The notes beneath the pieces are model-generated. The model was given only the letters and a program-made list of their open reading frames with translations. It searched no databases and was not told where the DNA came from. DNA of 64,000 nt from assembly GCF_001194135.2 (NCBI RefSeq), contig NC_069002.1:15079466-15143465 (forward strand), in the 5' to 3' direction. Source of the DNA: Octopus bimaculoides. Taxonomy: Eukaryota. The position numbers and the translations under genes were made by a program. Below, in pieces: positions 24,957 to 37,400 of the stretch. Position 1 is the stretch's first letter, and each line of letters begins with the position of its first letter.

Positions 24957-27900
24957 CAGAAAACACAACTGGTTTTCTAAAATGTTTGGGTTGCATGAAG
25001 AAAGGATTTTGAATTTCAAAACTACCTCCAGCTGAGTGAAAACTCTTTGGGTCTTTTTGTTTTAAAGTTTATAATTTTTCCATCACTTGTAAGTAAATCA
25101 TTTGTTTTGTCATCATCAAATGTTCCACAAAGACCTGAAATAAAAATAGAAATAATTGATTCGCAATAAAAATAATTAATTCATTAAAATGTTTGGTCCT
25201 CATACACTGTGTCCTTCCCACCCATCCTTTCCTTCAAAGGTAAATTTGAAATTGTATGCCGTATGGAGTTAATTGTATATTACAGTATATTATATATCAA
25301 CTGTTTATACAGTATCTTATTATAATATATATGTATGTATATGTGTCGTAAAGTGGGTTCCTGCCACTGGTGTAATGTGTGACTGCCATTATACTGTAGT
25401 TGCTGTTTTATGCAAGAGCCATAATAGTTACTAGTTATCAGATACTGCTGTATCTCTTCATACTAATACACTAACTTCTGTCTTAATATCACTGATAGCT
25501 CCATAAGACACTGACTAGAACTGTTGACTCTCAACTCTGACTCTTGACCCTCTCTTGATGACCAACTACTGGTGTATTTATAATGGCTCATACCTACCAC
25601 TTTTTACTGGGAGGGGTATACAGTTTCATTATACAACATCTCCCCTTTTAATTATTTTACTTAATGGCCTCTTTTTCTTTTTTTTTTATATACTCAATAT
25701 CTTTTCTTCTTGGGGGTCTACTTTCAGGAATTCAGTGTTCTTCCTTTTCCTTTTACACGTAGTTTCGACTTCTTGTAACAGTGTTGGAACCTGAAAAGTA
25801 TCATATAGCCAATCCATGGGTATTTCTACTCTTGTTAGTTCCTTTTCTATGACTCTTTCCTGAAGCTGATTTCTATATCTCCTTTCCAGTCCATTTCTGC
25901 TTCTTACACTATACATCATTCTTCCTATGTATATTACAATTTCTCCTTCTTCCCAGTATTGCTTACCATTTTTGTACATTCTTACATATACCTTATCACC
26001 AATTCTAAAGAATTTTGGCATGTCTCTACTAGCATGTATTTTTTCTTTTACTGGTAACAGTTTGGTGAACTTCCTTCTGGTACATTTGGGTTTGGAGTTA
26101 CCCTGTATACCCTTAAGAATTTTTGGATTGTGACTTCGTCCATGGCTTCCTTATTAGTTCTCTTTAATCTTCTCTTAAAAGTATCTACAAACTGCTTGGC
26201 CCTTCCATTTGATCTAGGGTGATACAGTGCTATAGTTTTATGTTATAATGTGAACTTCTCACAGAATCTTTTAAACTCACAGGATACAAACTGTGTTCCG
26301 TTATCAGAGACATTTATATCCAGTACACCAAATCTTGTGAACAGCTCATTTAAGAAGTTTATTACTGCATGTGAGGTTGGTCATTTACACCTTGCAGCCT
26401 CAGGTCATTTTGTGTAGCTGTCCACTACTATTAAGAAATAATATCCATTTACCGGGCCTGCAAAATCTATATGCAATTGGGACCATGGTACTTTCACTTC
26501 TAGTATAAATCTAATGTGTATGCCAACCAATGAGATGTCTTCAGGTGTAAACTTAATAAGTAAACCAACCAGTGAGCTGCCTTTAGGTATAACTTATTAT
26601 GTGCAAAAGGCAATCAGCAGTCTATTTATAAACAAGATGAGTACAGCAGCCAATCAAATAACACCAGTAATATAATATCTATGACATATAGAAAGAAAGT
26701 CAAAGGTCTATAAATAAAACATTTCACTCACCCACAGTGTGTTCAAAATCTGCAGCTGATGCCTTAAACCAAACATTGAGGAAGTGACTGGAACGGCTGT
26801 TGGAATTCTGGACAGTAACTTGTCCCCCAGTCGGAAGGTAAACCTAAGGTATGGAAAGCAAATGAAATCATTGAGAGTGTTTTGCTAAGGTAATCTCTAT
26901 AGATTTTCTAAGTGATGTAAGAGCACTGCTAACACAGTAGAACATGATATTGACTTATAAAACCATTTAATATAGTTTGTAGTATATTGTGGTTGCATAA
27001 CAAAATACCATGTCCTTGCAAGTCATTGAGAGTGTTTAATGTTTATCTTTTATCTTTTAGTTGTTTCAGTCATTTGACTGCAGCCATGCTGGAGCACCAC
27101 CTTTAGTTGAACAAGTCGACCCCAGGACTTATTCTTTGTAAGCCTAGTACTTATTCTGTTGGTCTCTTTTGCTGGACTGCTAAGTTACGGGGACATAAAC
27201 ACACCAACAACGTTTGTCAAGCGATGGAGGGGGTACAAAATCCACACACATGTACACACACACACACATGCATATACGATGGGCTTCTTTCCGTTTCCCT
27301 CTACCAAATCCACTCACAAAGTTTTGGTTGGCCTGAGGCTATAGTAGAAGACATTTGCCCAGGGTGCCACGTAGTGGTTTAATTTACTTTTCTGGTATAG
27401 GTAGGGCACTTTTTTCTAGGCTGTGGTTTATAGATTATATATTATTATTAATTATGTATTATTATAGATTATATATTATCATAGATTATATATTATGTAT
27501 TATTATAAATTATGTATTATCATAGATTATATATTATCATAGATTATATATTATTGATTGTATATTATTATAGATTATGTATTATTATAGATTATATATT
27601 ATTATAGATCATATATTATCATAGATCATATATTATCATAGATCATATATTATCATAGATTATATATTATCATAAATTATATATTATCATAGATTATATA
27701 TTATCATAGATTATATATTATCATAGATTATATATTATCATAGATTATATATTATTATAGATTATGTATTATTATAGATTATGTATTATTATAGATCATA
27801 TATTATCATAGATCATATATTATCATAGATCATATATTATCATAGATTATATATTATCATAGATTATATATTATCATAGATCATATATTATCATAGATTA

Positions 27901-29014
27901 TATATTATCATAGATTATATATTATTGATTATATATTATTATAGATTATGTATTATTATAGATTATATATTATTATAGATCATATATTATCATAGATCAT
28001 ATATTATCATAGATTATGTATCATTATAGATTATATATTATTATAGATTATATATTATTATAGATTATATATTATGATAGATTATATATTATTATAGATT
28101 ATATGTTATTATAGATTATGTATTATGATAGATTATATATTATTATAGATTATATATCATTATAGATTATATATTATCATAGATTATATATTATTATAGA
28201 TTATATATTATTATAGATTATATATCATTATAGATTATATATTATAATAGATTATTATTATATATTATGTATTATAATAGATCATTATCATTATTATAGA
28301 TTATGTATTATTATGGCTGCCTAACAAAATACCATGTTCCTAAAAAATCATTGAAAGTGTTTTATGTTTGGTTTCTATTCTGGCAAAGGTGGGGCATTTT
28401 TTTAGGCTGTGGTTTATAGATGGCACTCTCTCTGCTGTAACCATTTTAGACATTTCTTCTAACATATAGGGACTCTGTGTTGCTATTCTCAAACTGAGAT
28501 AACATACGGCAATTGGAAAGCCATTGAAATACTTAATAAATTATTTTTGATAATAAACACGAGACATTTATTTGTATCAAGACTGAGTTGAGCATATAAA
28601 GTCAACATTGTTGACTTTGTGTGTGTATATGTGTGTGGGGTGGCGTGTGTGTGTGGTGTGTGTATTTGTGTGTGTTTGATGTTTGTGTGCTTATTTCTGT
28701 CTCCCTCTGTTCCCTGCTCTTTGAATTTGCCTCTCTCACTCTTTTCCTTGCTCCATATACACATCTATTCTCTCTCTCTTATTTGTCTCTCTTTCTCTCT
28801 TATTTCTCTCTCTCTCTCTTATTTCTCTCTCACTCTCTTATTTCTCTCTCTCTCTCTCTCATTTCTCTCTCTCTCTCTCTCTCTAATTTGTCTTTCTCTC
28901 TCTTTCTTATTTGTCTCTCACTCTCTCTTTCTTATTTGTCTCTCACTCTCTCTCTCTCTCTCTCATTTCTCTCTCTCTCTTATTTCTCTCTCTCTCTTAT
29001 TTCTCTCTCTCTCT

Positions 29015-29050
<36 letters not shown>

Positions 29051-32000
29051 CTCTCTCTCTTATTTTTCTCTCTCTCTCTCTCTCTTATTTTTCTCTCTCT
29101 CTCTCTTATTTGTCTTTCTCTCTCTCTCTCCTCTTTGCTCTTTAAATAAATAGAAAGAAACAAAGAGACATATATATTTACCATATACTTTCGACCTCCA
29201 TAAAGCTGTATTATTCTTGTCCCTTCTGTTAGTTCATCGTTTAAGTATAGTTTTACTGTTGTTGAGCCTTTCTTGGTCTTCTTTGTTGCTCCACACCGAT
29301 CAATTACAATCACATCATCTCCAGACTGAATAGCTACGGCACAATTACATGATGCATGTTTGTTGCAGCTTCTGTAGAAGGTATGTATCTAATGGACAGA
29401 AAACAGGTTCATACTTACTAAATGCACGAAGGAGCAAAACCCCTAAATCTATACACTTTATCTAAGACAAATCAGTTTTTGTGAACAATGCTTTGCTGGA
29501 TGTGCAATGTCAGTATGCATGTACAACTACAGAGGTTCCATTAATGAACATGAAAATAAAATGCTTTAAAAATTTGCATCTCATCCTCCTAAAAAGGACT
29601 TAGTGTGAGATTTAATGAGAATTTGGCTGTTACTTCTAGCATATGAAATGTTTTAGTAGAAATTCTTCCATTGGTTCAATATTCAAACGGGTGTTTCATT
29701 TTGTAAATTGTAAAATTTTGAAGATATATCTTAGGTAGTTTCTTACCACATAAGGCAGGGTTGTATGCCTATAAAGAACAAATTCCCCTTCGTAGAAGTT
29801 GTTATAAAATCTGGAAAAAAAAAAGAAAGAAAAACAATTAGATAAACATTTTAAATGTAAATACAATTTATATAGATAGAAATATATCCTATAAAAGGAT
29901 AGTTGTTGTTGGCACTCCGTCGCTTACGACGTCGAAGGTTCCAGTTATCTGATCAACGGAACAGCCTGCTCGTGAAATTAACGTGCAAGTGGCTGAGCAC
30001 TCCACAGACACGTGTACCCTTAACGTAGTTCTCGGGGATATTCAACGTGACACAGTGTGGCAAGGTTGATCCTTTGAATTACAGGCACAACAGAAACAGG
30101 AAGTAAGAGTGAGAGAAAGTTGTGGTGGAAGAGTACAGCAGGGTTCGCCACCATCCCCTGCCAGAGCCTCGTGGAGCTTTAGGTGTTTTTGCTCAATAAA
30201 CACTCACGACGCTCGGTCTGGGAATCGAAACCGCGATCCTATGACCGCGAGTCCGCTGCCCTAACTACTGGGCCATTGTGCCTCCACAATAAAAGGACAA
30301 AACAATATACTAAAAGAAACATTTAGTCTGTTTCTTCCATTCCACGAGAATCTTAATGCTTCTCCATTCTTAAGTATGTCACTCTATCTTAGTATGATCT
30401 TGAGCTGTTTGGTGCATTTCTTTTGGTTTTCTTGGCTTCTTTTTGCAACTTGAGATAAAAATAACTACTTTGGGAAGAATGTGTACATAATTAAACCTTA
30501 CACATCAGTCGTTCTTTGGTAAACATGTCTTCAATATTGGAGCTCTTTGCTAACAACAGGATTCTCTTGTTAGGTTTGATTATGCAGTTCTGCCACTTGC
30601 TCTCAAGTAGATGCCATAGGTGAAGGTTTCAAGATCCTGTATCTTATGTGTTGAGTCCCGATTTCATATCAATAGATAAAAGCAAGCCTCACCACTACTT
30701 TCAATGTACAGCCAGTTTGACATTGATGTCAAAGTCAACCCTTCATACAGAAATGTTATCAAGTTGGCTTAATACAGTCTGTTCTCTATTTGTTTGTCAA
30801 TTCAGAGGATGTTTGTGATGTAACAACTTTAGAAGTAACATGCTAACATTATATTAACAAATATTAACAAATAATGTGTATGGATGAGGACTGTTGCATA
30901 AAGAAGTACCAAGCTCTAATTGTGGTGGGAACTTGTGGGAGGGGTGAACCCAGGAAGATGTGGGACAAAGTGGTGAGAAAGGATCTTTGGATGCTGGGCC
31001 ACACAGAGGGGATGACAAGGGACCAGAAGATGTGGTGATTTGCTGTACTTGATAAGAAATGTTAAGCTAAGTAAAAATCACTGACTTCCACACATACAGG
31101 CTTGTCCTTTCAGGTGCCGGTGCCACTTTAAAAGCACCCGTGCTGGTGCCACTTTGATACATCTGTGCCAGTGTTGCATAAACGCAGTTGTCCCAGTGGC
31201 ACATAAAAAGCACCCAGCACACTCTGCTAAGTGGTTGGCATTAGGAAAAACATCCTGGCGTAGAAACCATACCACAACTGACAGTTGGCGTTTGAACAGC
31301 TCTCTGCTAGTCAGCTCCATGTCAAACCATCCAACCCATGCCAGCTTGGAGAATGAACGCTAAACGATGATGATGAGAATGATGAATATTTGTTGACATA
31401 AAAGATATTTGGTTTTGTAATGCCTTTCCTGTGGGTAAGCATGAATAACTGAACCAAAAGCATTGATAGGGGTTTAAATTTATTTAATGCTTGGTCATAG
31501 AAGGAAGGAGAATGTCTATGATTTTATTGTAAGGCCCCTGAGATTAGCAGGGGCTATAAAGTGGTGGTGAGGGCTAAAGCATAACTCGTGAAATATACAC
31601 AAACTGAAGATCTGGCTCAAATATTTGAAAGAGTCTGTTTTGCTAAAGGTATCCAAAAGCCAAATTTATGAAATGTTGGGCAATGGTGTTAACTACAACA
31701 GATTAAGTCTTCTGTCAACCAGAAAGGAAATATGCAGTGGTGTGAGTTTCACAATAGGAGTTTTGGGGTTGGTTTTTGACAATCCTCTGTAGTGTCTGTT
31801 TATCATCAGATAAACTAGTAACAAATGCATACCTCATACCTCATTACTGTTGAAAATTGAATGAATGATACAAAATCAAACAGATGATAAAAGAATTGAT
31901 GCTTTAACTGAGAATTAGTAAAAAAAGAAAATATAGCCAAGATTTCATCACAGACACTAGCCTTCTTCAGAGTAGGGGTAAAAGAAACTGAAGCCCTCTA

Positions 32001-34432
32001 ACAACAACTCCTACAAAATTTTGTTACATTCTTTAATAGCTTAAGAAGTTTCATCACAATTTTTGTGTCTCCTTAGTCCTGCTCCAGTATGATTTTCAAA
32101 TCAGTTTGTCACCACCTTTTATAACTTTTTTCTGCTGGAGAGCTACATAGACAGCAGGGCTACTAACATGTTCTTACAGATATAACAAGTTTAAATAAGA
32201 GCCTCAATAAAATAATGCTCCACATCTGAGATGCTGCTGCTGCTGGTATACATATTTGCATTGAAAAATAGGCCATCAGATGTGAAAGTACTCAGCATAA
32301 ACAAACTCTTCCCAGGTGTATTACCCATACTCTCTCCTGCATTTATACCACTACTTCTCCTTAGAGCTGCCTAACCTAATACTAACACTACTCACACACA
32401 TGTAATTCACTCATTTCTACTTCTGTTATCACCGTTAGGGAATCAACCCTTACCCTGCAGGTTCCTGAATTAACTACTGGGTTCAGTGCTTCCTGCTCTG
32501 AACATCAGCTCTTTGGGATTTCTTCTCAGCTCTGATTTTTCTGCAGTTGTCAACTTCTTAGTGTTTAACCCTTTTGACACATATCTAAGACCCCCACTCT
32601 TGGTTTTATGATGCAAATTCCTTGTTTTAAAGTGATCGAAATTAAAACCCCCAGTGAAATTTCATGTTGATATATTTTCTAAACACCAGATTAATAAGGA
32701 CAAAGATAGTTTTTCTAAATTCTTCCTTATTTTTGAAATTACTTGAAACAAAGGCAGAGAATTTCAGCAGAAATATGGTATCAAAAAGATGAAAGAAATC
32801 ATTAACCAAATTGATTTCTTTAGTATCAGTAGGGTGAAAAAGGCCACAGTTTCTTTTCTCATGTAGTTCCCAGTTTGGGATCCCCAAAAGGACAATTGAA
32901 GATCTGTGAACTTAATTGGATGTAATTATTCAGATCCATATATCTTTTAACTGGGAGATAAAACTGAGAAAATGAAATGACAAACATTCATAAACCTGGG
33001 GGCTATGAAAAAATTTATTTAAATAAAAGGAGTTTTTGAGAGAGAATAAAAGATTGAAAAGTGTTGCCCTAAACTAAAGAATTAAGGAAAAAATATACAC
33101 ATAAAAGCAATAAAATTAAATATGTTAATCTCCTCCATGGATGATGAAAATAATGGAATTTTATCGACTTACTTTCCATCAAAGGTTGTCATATGGGGAT
33201 CATTGATTGATCGGCAAAGGGCATGCTTATCTCGATCTATGATTGTTACCTGATAAAAAAATAAAAAATAAAACAATATAAATAGAAATTATTAATAAAT
33301 ATAATACTTAGAAATTTCAGCTCTTTTCGTGACAGAGGGCTAAACACAGAGGGGAAAAACAAGGATCGACAAAGGGATTAAGTCGATTACATCAACCCCA
33401 GTGCGTAACTGGTACTTATTTAATCGGCCCCGAAAGGATGAAAGGCAAAGTCAACCTCAGCGGAATTTGAACTCAGAACATAATGGCAGACAAAATACCG
33501 CTAAGCATTTTACTTGGCACCCTAACGATTCTGCCAGCTTGTATTTAGGCAGTGAGTTACATTTTCCAGTGCCCCAATAATTACAGGTATAAAGCTGAAC
33601 TTGTAATCTAGATAGAGTAATCTGTATGTATGTATGGATGTATATGTCTGTAGATGTCTGTGTGTAGTTTAGAAATGGTGATAAAAATTTGATAATGTGG
33701 ATTTCTGTCTTCCACCAGACAAAACACTGTGTGGTTTCTTTTATAAATCAGGAAAATCAAAGTGAAAAATCTTTGTCCACAGGAGTTGAACTCAGGATAT
33801 CCATTTGTAGGGTCTAAGGCAGATGAAGGGACTGTGTCTATTGCTTCTGATGCACCCACCAAGGCTGATAACATCAATGTGATTCTGCTTAAACTGGGGC
33901 AAACCAATGACTGCAGCTAAAATCAGTGGGTCAACATTTTGATGAGAAAAGACTGGGTTTGGTTGTTACTTTGGGGCCTGATGAAATTTGGATACAATAA
34001 GTGAGTTGAGTTTAAAATATTAATTCAGATACATTAATTGATATCAACACACCACTCCCTTAGTCACTGATACATCACTCCTTAATCAGAAAGATGTCAC
34101 CCCTTTAGTGAGAGGGGACAATCAGTTTTATGAAACTAAGGTCATCACTGATGGATATTTTATTGACCCTCAAGGAATAAAAGACAAAGTTGATGGCAGC
34201 AGTATTTACCCTTTACTCTCTTTTACTCTTTTACTTGTTTCAATCATTTGACTGCGGCCATGCTCGAGCACCGCCTTTAGTCGAGCAAATCGACCCCAGG
34301 ACTTATTCTTTGGAAGCCTAGTACTTATTCTATCGGCCTCTTTTGCCGAACCGCTAAGTTACGGGGACGTAAACACACCAGCATTGGTTGTCAAGCGATG
34401 TTGGGGGGACAAACACAGACACACAAACATAT

Positions 34433-34483
<51 letters not shown>

Positions 34484-37400
34484 TACGATGGGCTTCTTTC
34501 AGTTTCTGTCTTCCAAATCCACTCACAAGGCTTTGGTCGGCCCGAGGCTATAGTAGAAGACACTTGCCCAAGGTGCCACGCAGTGGGACTGAACCCAGAA
34601 CCATGTGGTGTGCAGACAAAATCTAACTACACATAACTAAATGTTACAAAGCACTACAGCCAGTTGTACCAATTCTGTCAGTCTAATCCTGCAATTTCTT
34701 AGAAATGATGATTTCTAAATAGGCACAAAGCCTATTTGGCCACATCTGCAAGATGAGAACCAGAGGGCTACCGCACCAACTTTTATGGTGGCAGCAACTC
34801 ACACACAGAAGAATCCAATTTGCACACCAAAGAAGATATGGGTGAAACAAACTGAGGAAGAACTGAGGTCACAAGGTCTTGACCACAAGCATGTTAAGGC
34901 TTTAGGAAAGTGGGTTATACATCATTAGATGTACACCTGACTTTCCTATATTAAATTAGGAATTGAACGGAACGCAGAACTCCAAACTATCAACACAAAC
35001 AACATTTATTCAAGGTGGAAAATATACATCTTTAATCTTGTTTGTTGAGACGTCTTCGGTGTGTGAGAACATGGTTGTTGGGACGTTGGTATATTGATGT
35101 GAGCTGTCTAGCGTGAGTTCGAAAGATGGAGAGACAGCTAGACACGTCCTTGCTCAATTGCTGGCCAGCAAGAAAGAGATCGATCAAAGCGGGAAAGCTT
35201 GGATGTTGAAATCCACGCATGCGTGGCTAAGGATGCAGCAATGGCGACTATGCCTTTTTGGCGCCATATGACGTCACTACAAGGCCAATGCCATGGATCG
35301 AAAAGCATGAAATAACATCACCACCAGATTCTCTCATCTAGTGGTACCGACAGTAAAGTATTGATTGAAAGGACAACCTCCGCATCCAGTCACCAGCTAT
35401 GGATTAAATTATAATAAGACGGTGAAGAGGAGGAACTATATACACAGCTAAACCACATGCAGTTATTTAAATAAATTTATTTCTCAAACGCGTGATAATG
35501 CTATAAATAGTGTGATCAGGATAAATTATCTATTTATTGCAGAAAAATACACTACTGGCCAGCCATGAGACTCGAACTCACATTTCTATTTATAGCATTA
35601 TCACGTGTTTGAGAAATAAATTTATTTCTGTTCTTACAATACATCTCAACACTTCTAAAAAAGAACAAACTTTGTTTGCTTACTTTCATCGTAAAGTTAT
35701 TTAAATGTTTTTTGCTATGTATTATTTACTACTCTTTGCAAGGACAGATAAATAAATCTCTCTCCATGGCCACCACCCAACAAAGTGGCTGCTATACCTT
35801 TCTCAGATCAAACCCTTCTGCCTTAAATAACAACAACAAAAGCAAATAATGAAAGAAAACAAAAATAAAAACAAAAAATGGCTTACTTTTGTGCTACCCA
35901 ATTCCACAGATGTTTCTACAATACTGTTAAAGAGTATTTCAATAGTCAAAGTTACTTGTCGCTTCTGATTCTTGTCACTAAGTCCATCTATCGCTGCTTT
36001 TACAGGAATATGCATGGTATTATTATGGCCTTTTGTATCAAAGTTGTACTTGCAAAAGTTCTCTTCGTTTTCCAGATTTCCTTGCCAAGCAAACACAGCT
36101 TGGGTAATTGAAAGTTTGTTGGAACACTTTAATTCTGAGGATTTCTGTTCAATAACTGGTACTACAAGAACTTGACAGTACTGTTTACGGTCTTCCGTAC
36201 GACATAAGAGACGCGGAGGAATGGTGGAAAAGACTTCAATGAAACCAGATTTTCCTCCTTCTTTGATGGTTAAAGTTTTTGTTTTTAGCTAAAGAGAAAG
36301 AGAGGAAAAACAGAAGATATATAGAAGCAAGGACATTATATTTTCAGAATGTATAAATTTACTAAGCTTTGCCCCAGTCTGGCCACAACTGAATGGCTGA
36401 AAGGAGCAAAAGAGCTACATATATATATAAACATAAGTATATGTAAATATGTCTGCATGATTTATTCTTTTATTCTTTTACTTGTTTCAGTCACTTGAGT
36501 GCAGCCATGCTGGAGCATCACCTTGAAGGGTTTCAGTTGAAAACAATCGACCCCAGGGCTTATTCTTTAAGCTTAATATCAATTTATTCCATCAGTCTCT
36601 TTGGCTGAACTGATAAGTCACTGGGATGTAAACACACCAGCACCAGTTGAGGGACAAACACAGACACAAACACACACACACACACACACACACACAATGG
36701 CTGTCTTTCAGTTTCCGTCTACCAAATCCACTCACAAAATTTTGGTTGGCACGAGGTTATAAGAGAAGGCACTTGTCCAAGGTGTCAAACAGTAAGGCTG
36801 AACCCAGAACCATGTGGTTGGGAAGCGAGCTTCTTACCACACAGCCACACCTGTGCCTATTTGTTTGATTTGTTTTTCAAATAAATAAATTTAAATGCAA
36901 ACAAATTAAAACAAGTAAAAACATCAATATATTAGGCCCCCAAATTCCATCTCTTTCCATTCAAGAAAACGGTTTTAAACAATTTTAAAACTTCAAAAAC
37001 AATAGCAGTGATAAGTTCATTTGCTGGCAGAATTATGAAATGGTCATGCCAAGGACAAATATCCAGATGAAAGAGTAGGATGAAAGAAAAGAGAGAAAGG
37101 ACCCCCTTCATTCATGAATGGCCATGGGATTACACCTAGAAAGCTGCCTTCTGAGGTACAAGTCTGGGCAAGGTTGTTTATGGAAGACCAGCAGTCGTCC
37201 ATGCATACCAGCCTCCCCTCTCCATGCCACTATTGTTACCCAAGGGAAAGGCAAAGGCCAATATAGCTTGGCACCAGCTGAGTGAACTGGAGCAATGTGA
37301 AATAAAGGACACAACACAGCTTGGTTTGGCCATTGGACTCCCTACTTCATGAATGCAAACTTGATGCTCTAACCACTGAGCTATGCACCTTCTACATACA

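Noticed and set aside
27430-28310. Regular repeat array that might be taken for CRISPR
   Set aside because: Head-to-tail minisatellite with no unique spacers, in eukaryotic DNA with no cas genes.
28619-29149. 174-176 aa Leu/Ser-rich ORFs
   Set aside because: Translation of a (CT)n compound repeat.
33608-33907. 99-aa minus-strand ORF between module-2 exons
   Set aside because: No counterpart in modules 1 or 3, and the flanking exons 35887 and 33249 already join in phase.
34384-34636. Recurrent ORFs such as RRASFSFRLPNPLTRLWSARG and DGLLSVSVYQIHSQGFG (also near 7230, 22907, 37728, 48479)
   Set aside because: Antisense readings of SINE family A, not genes.
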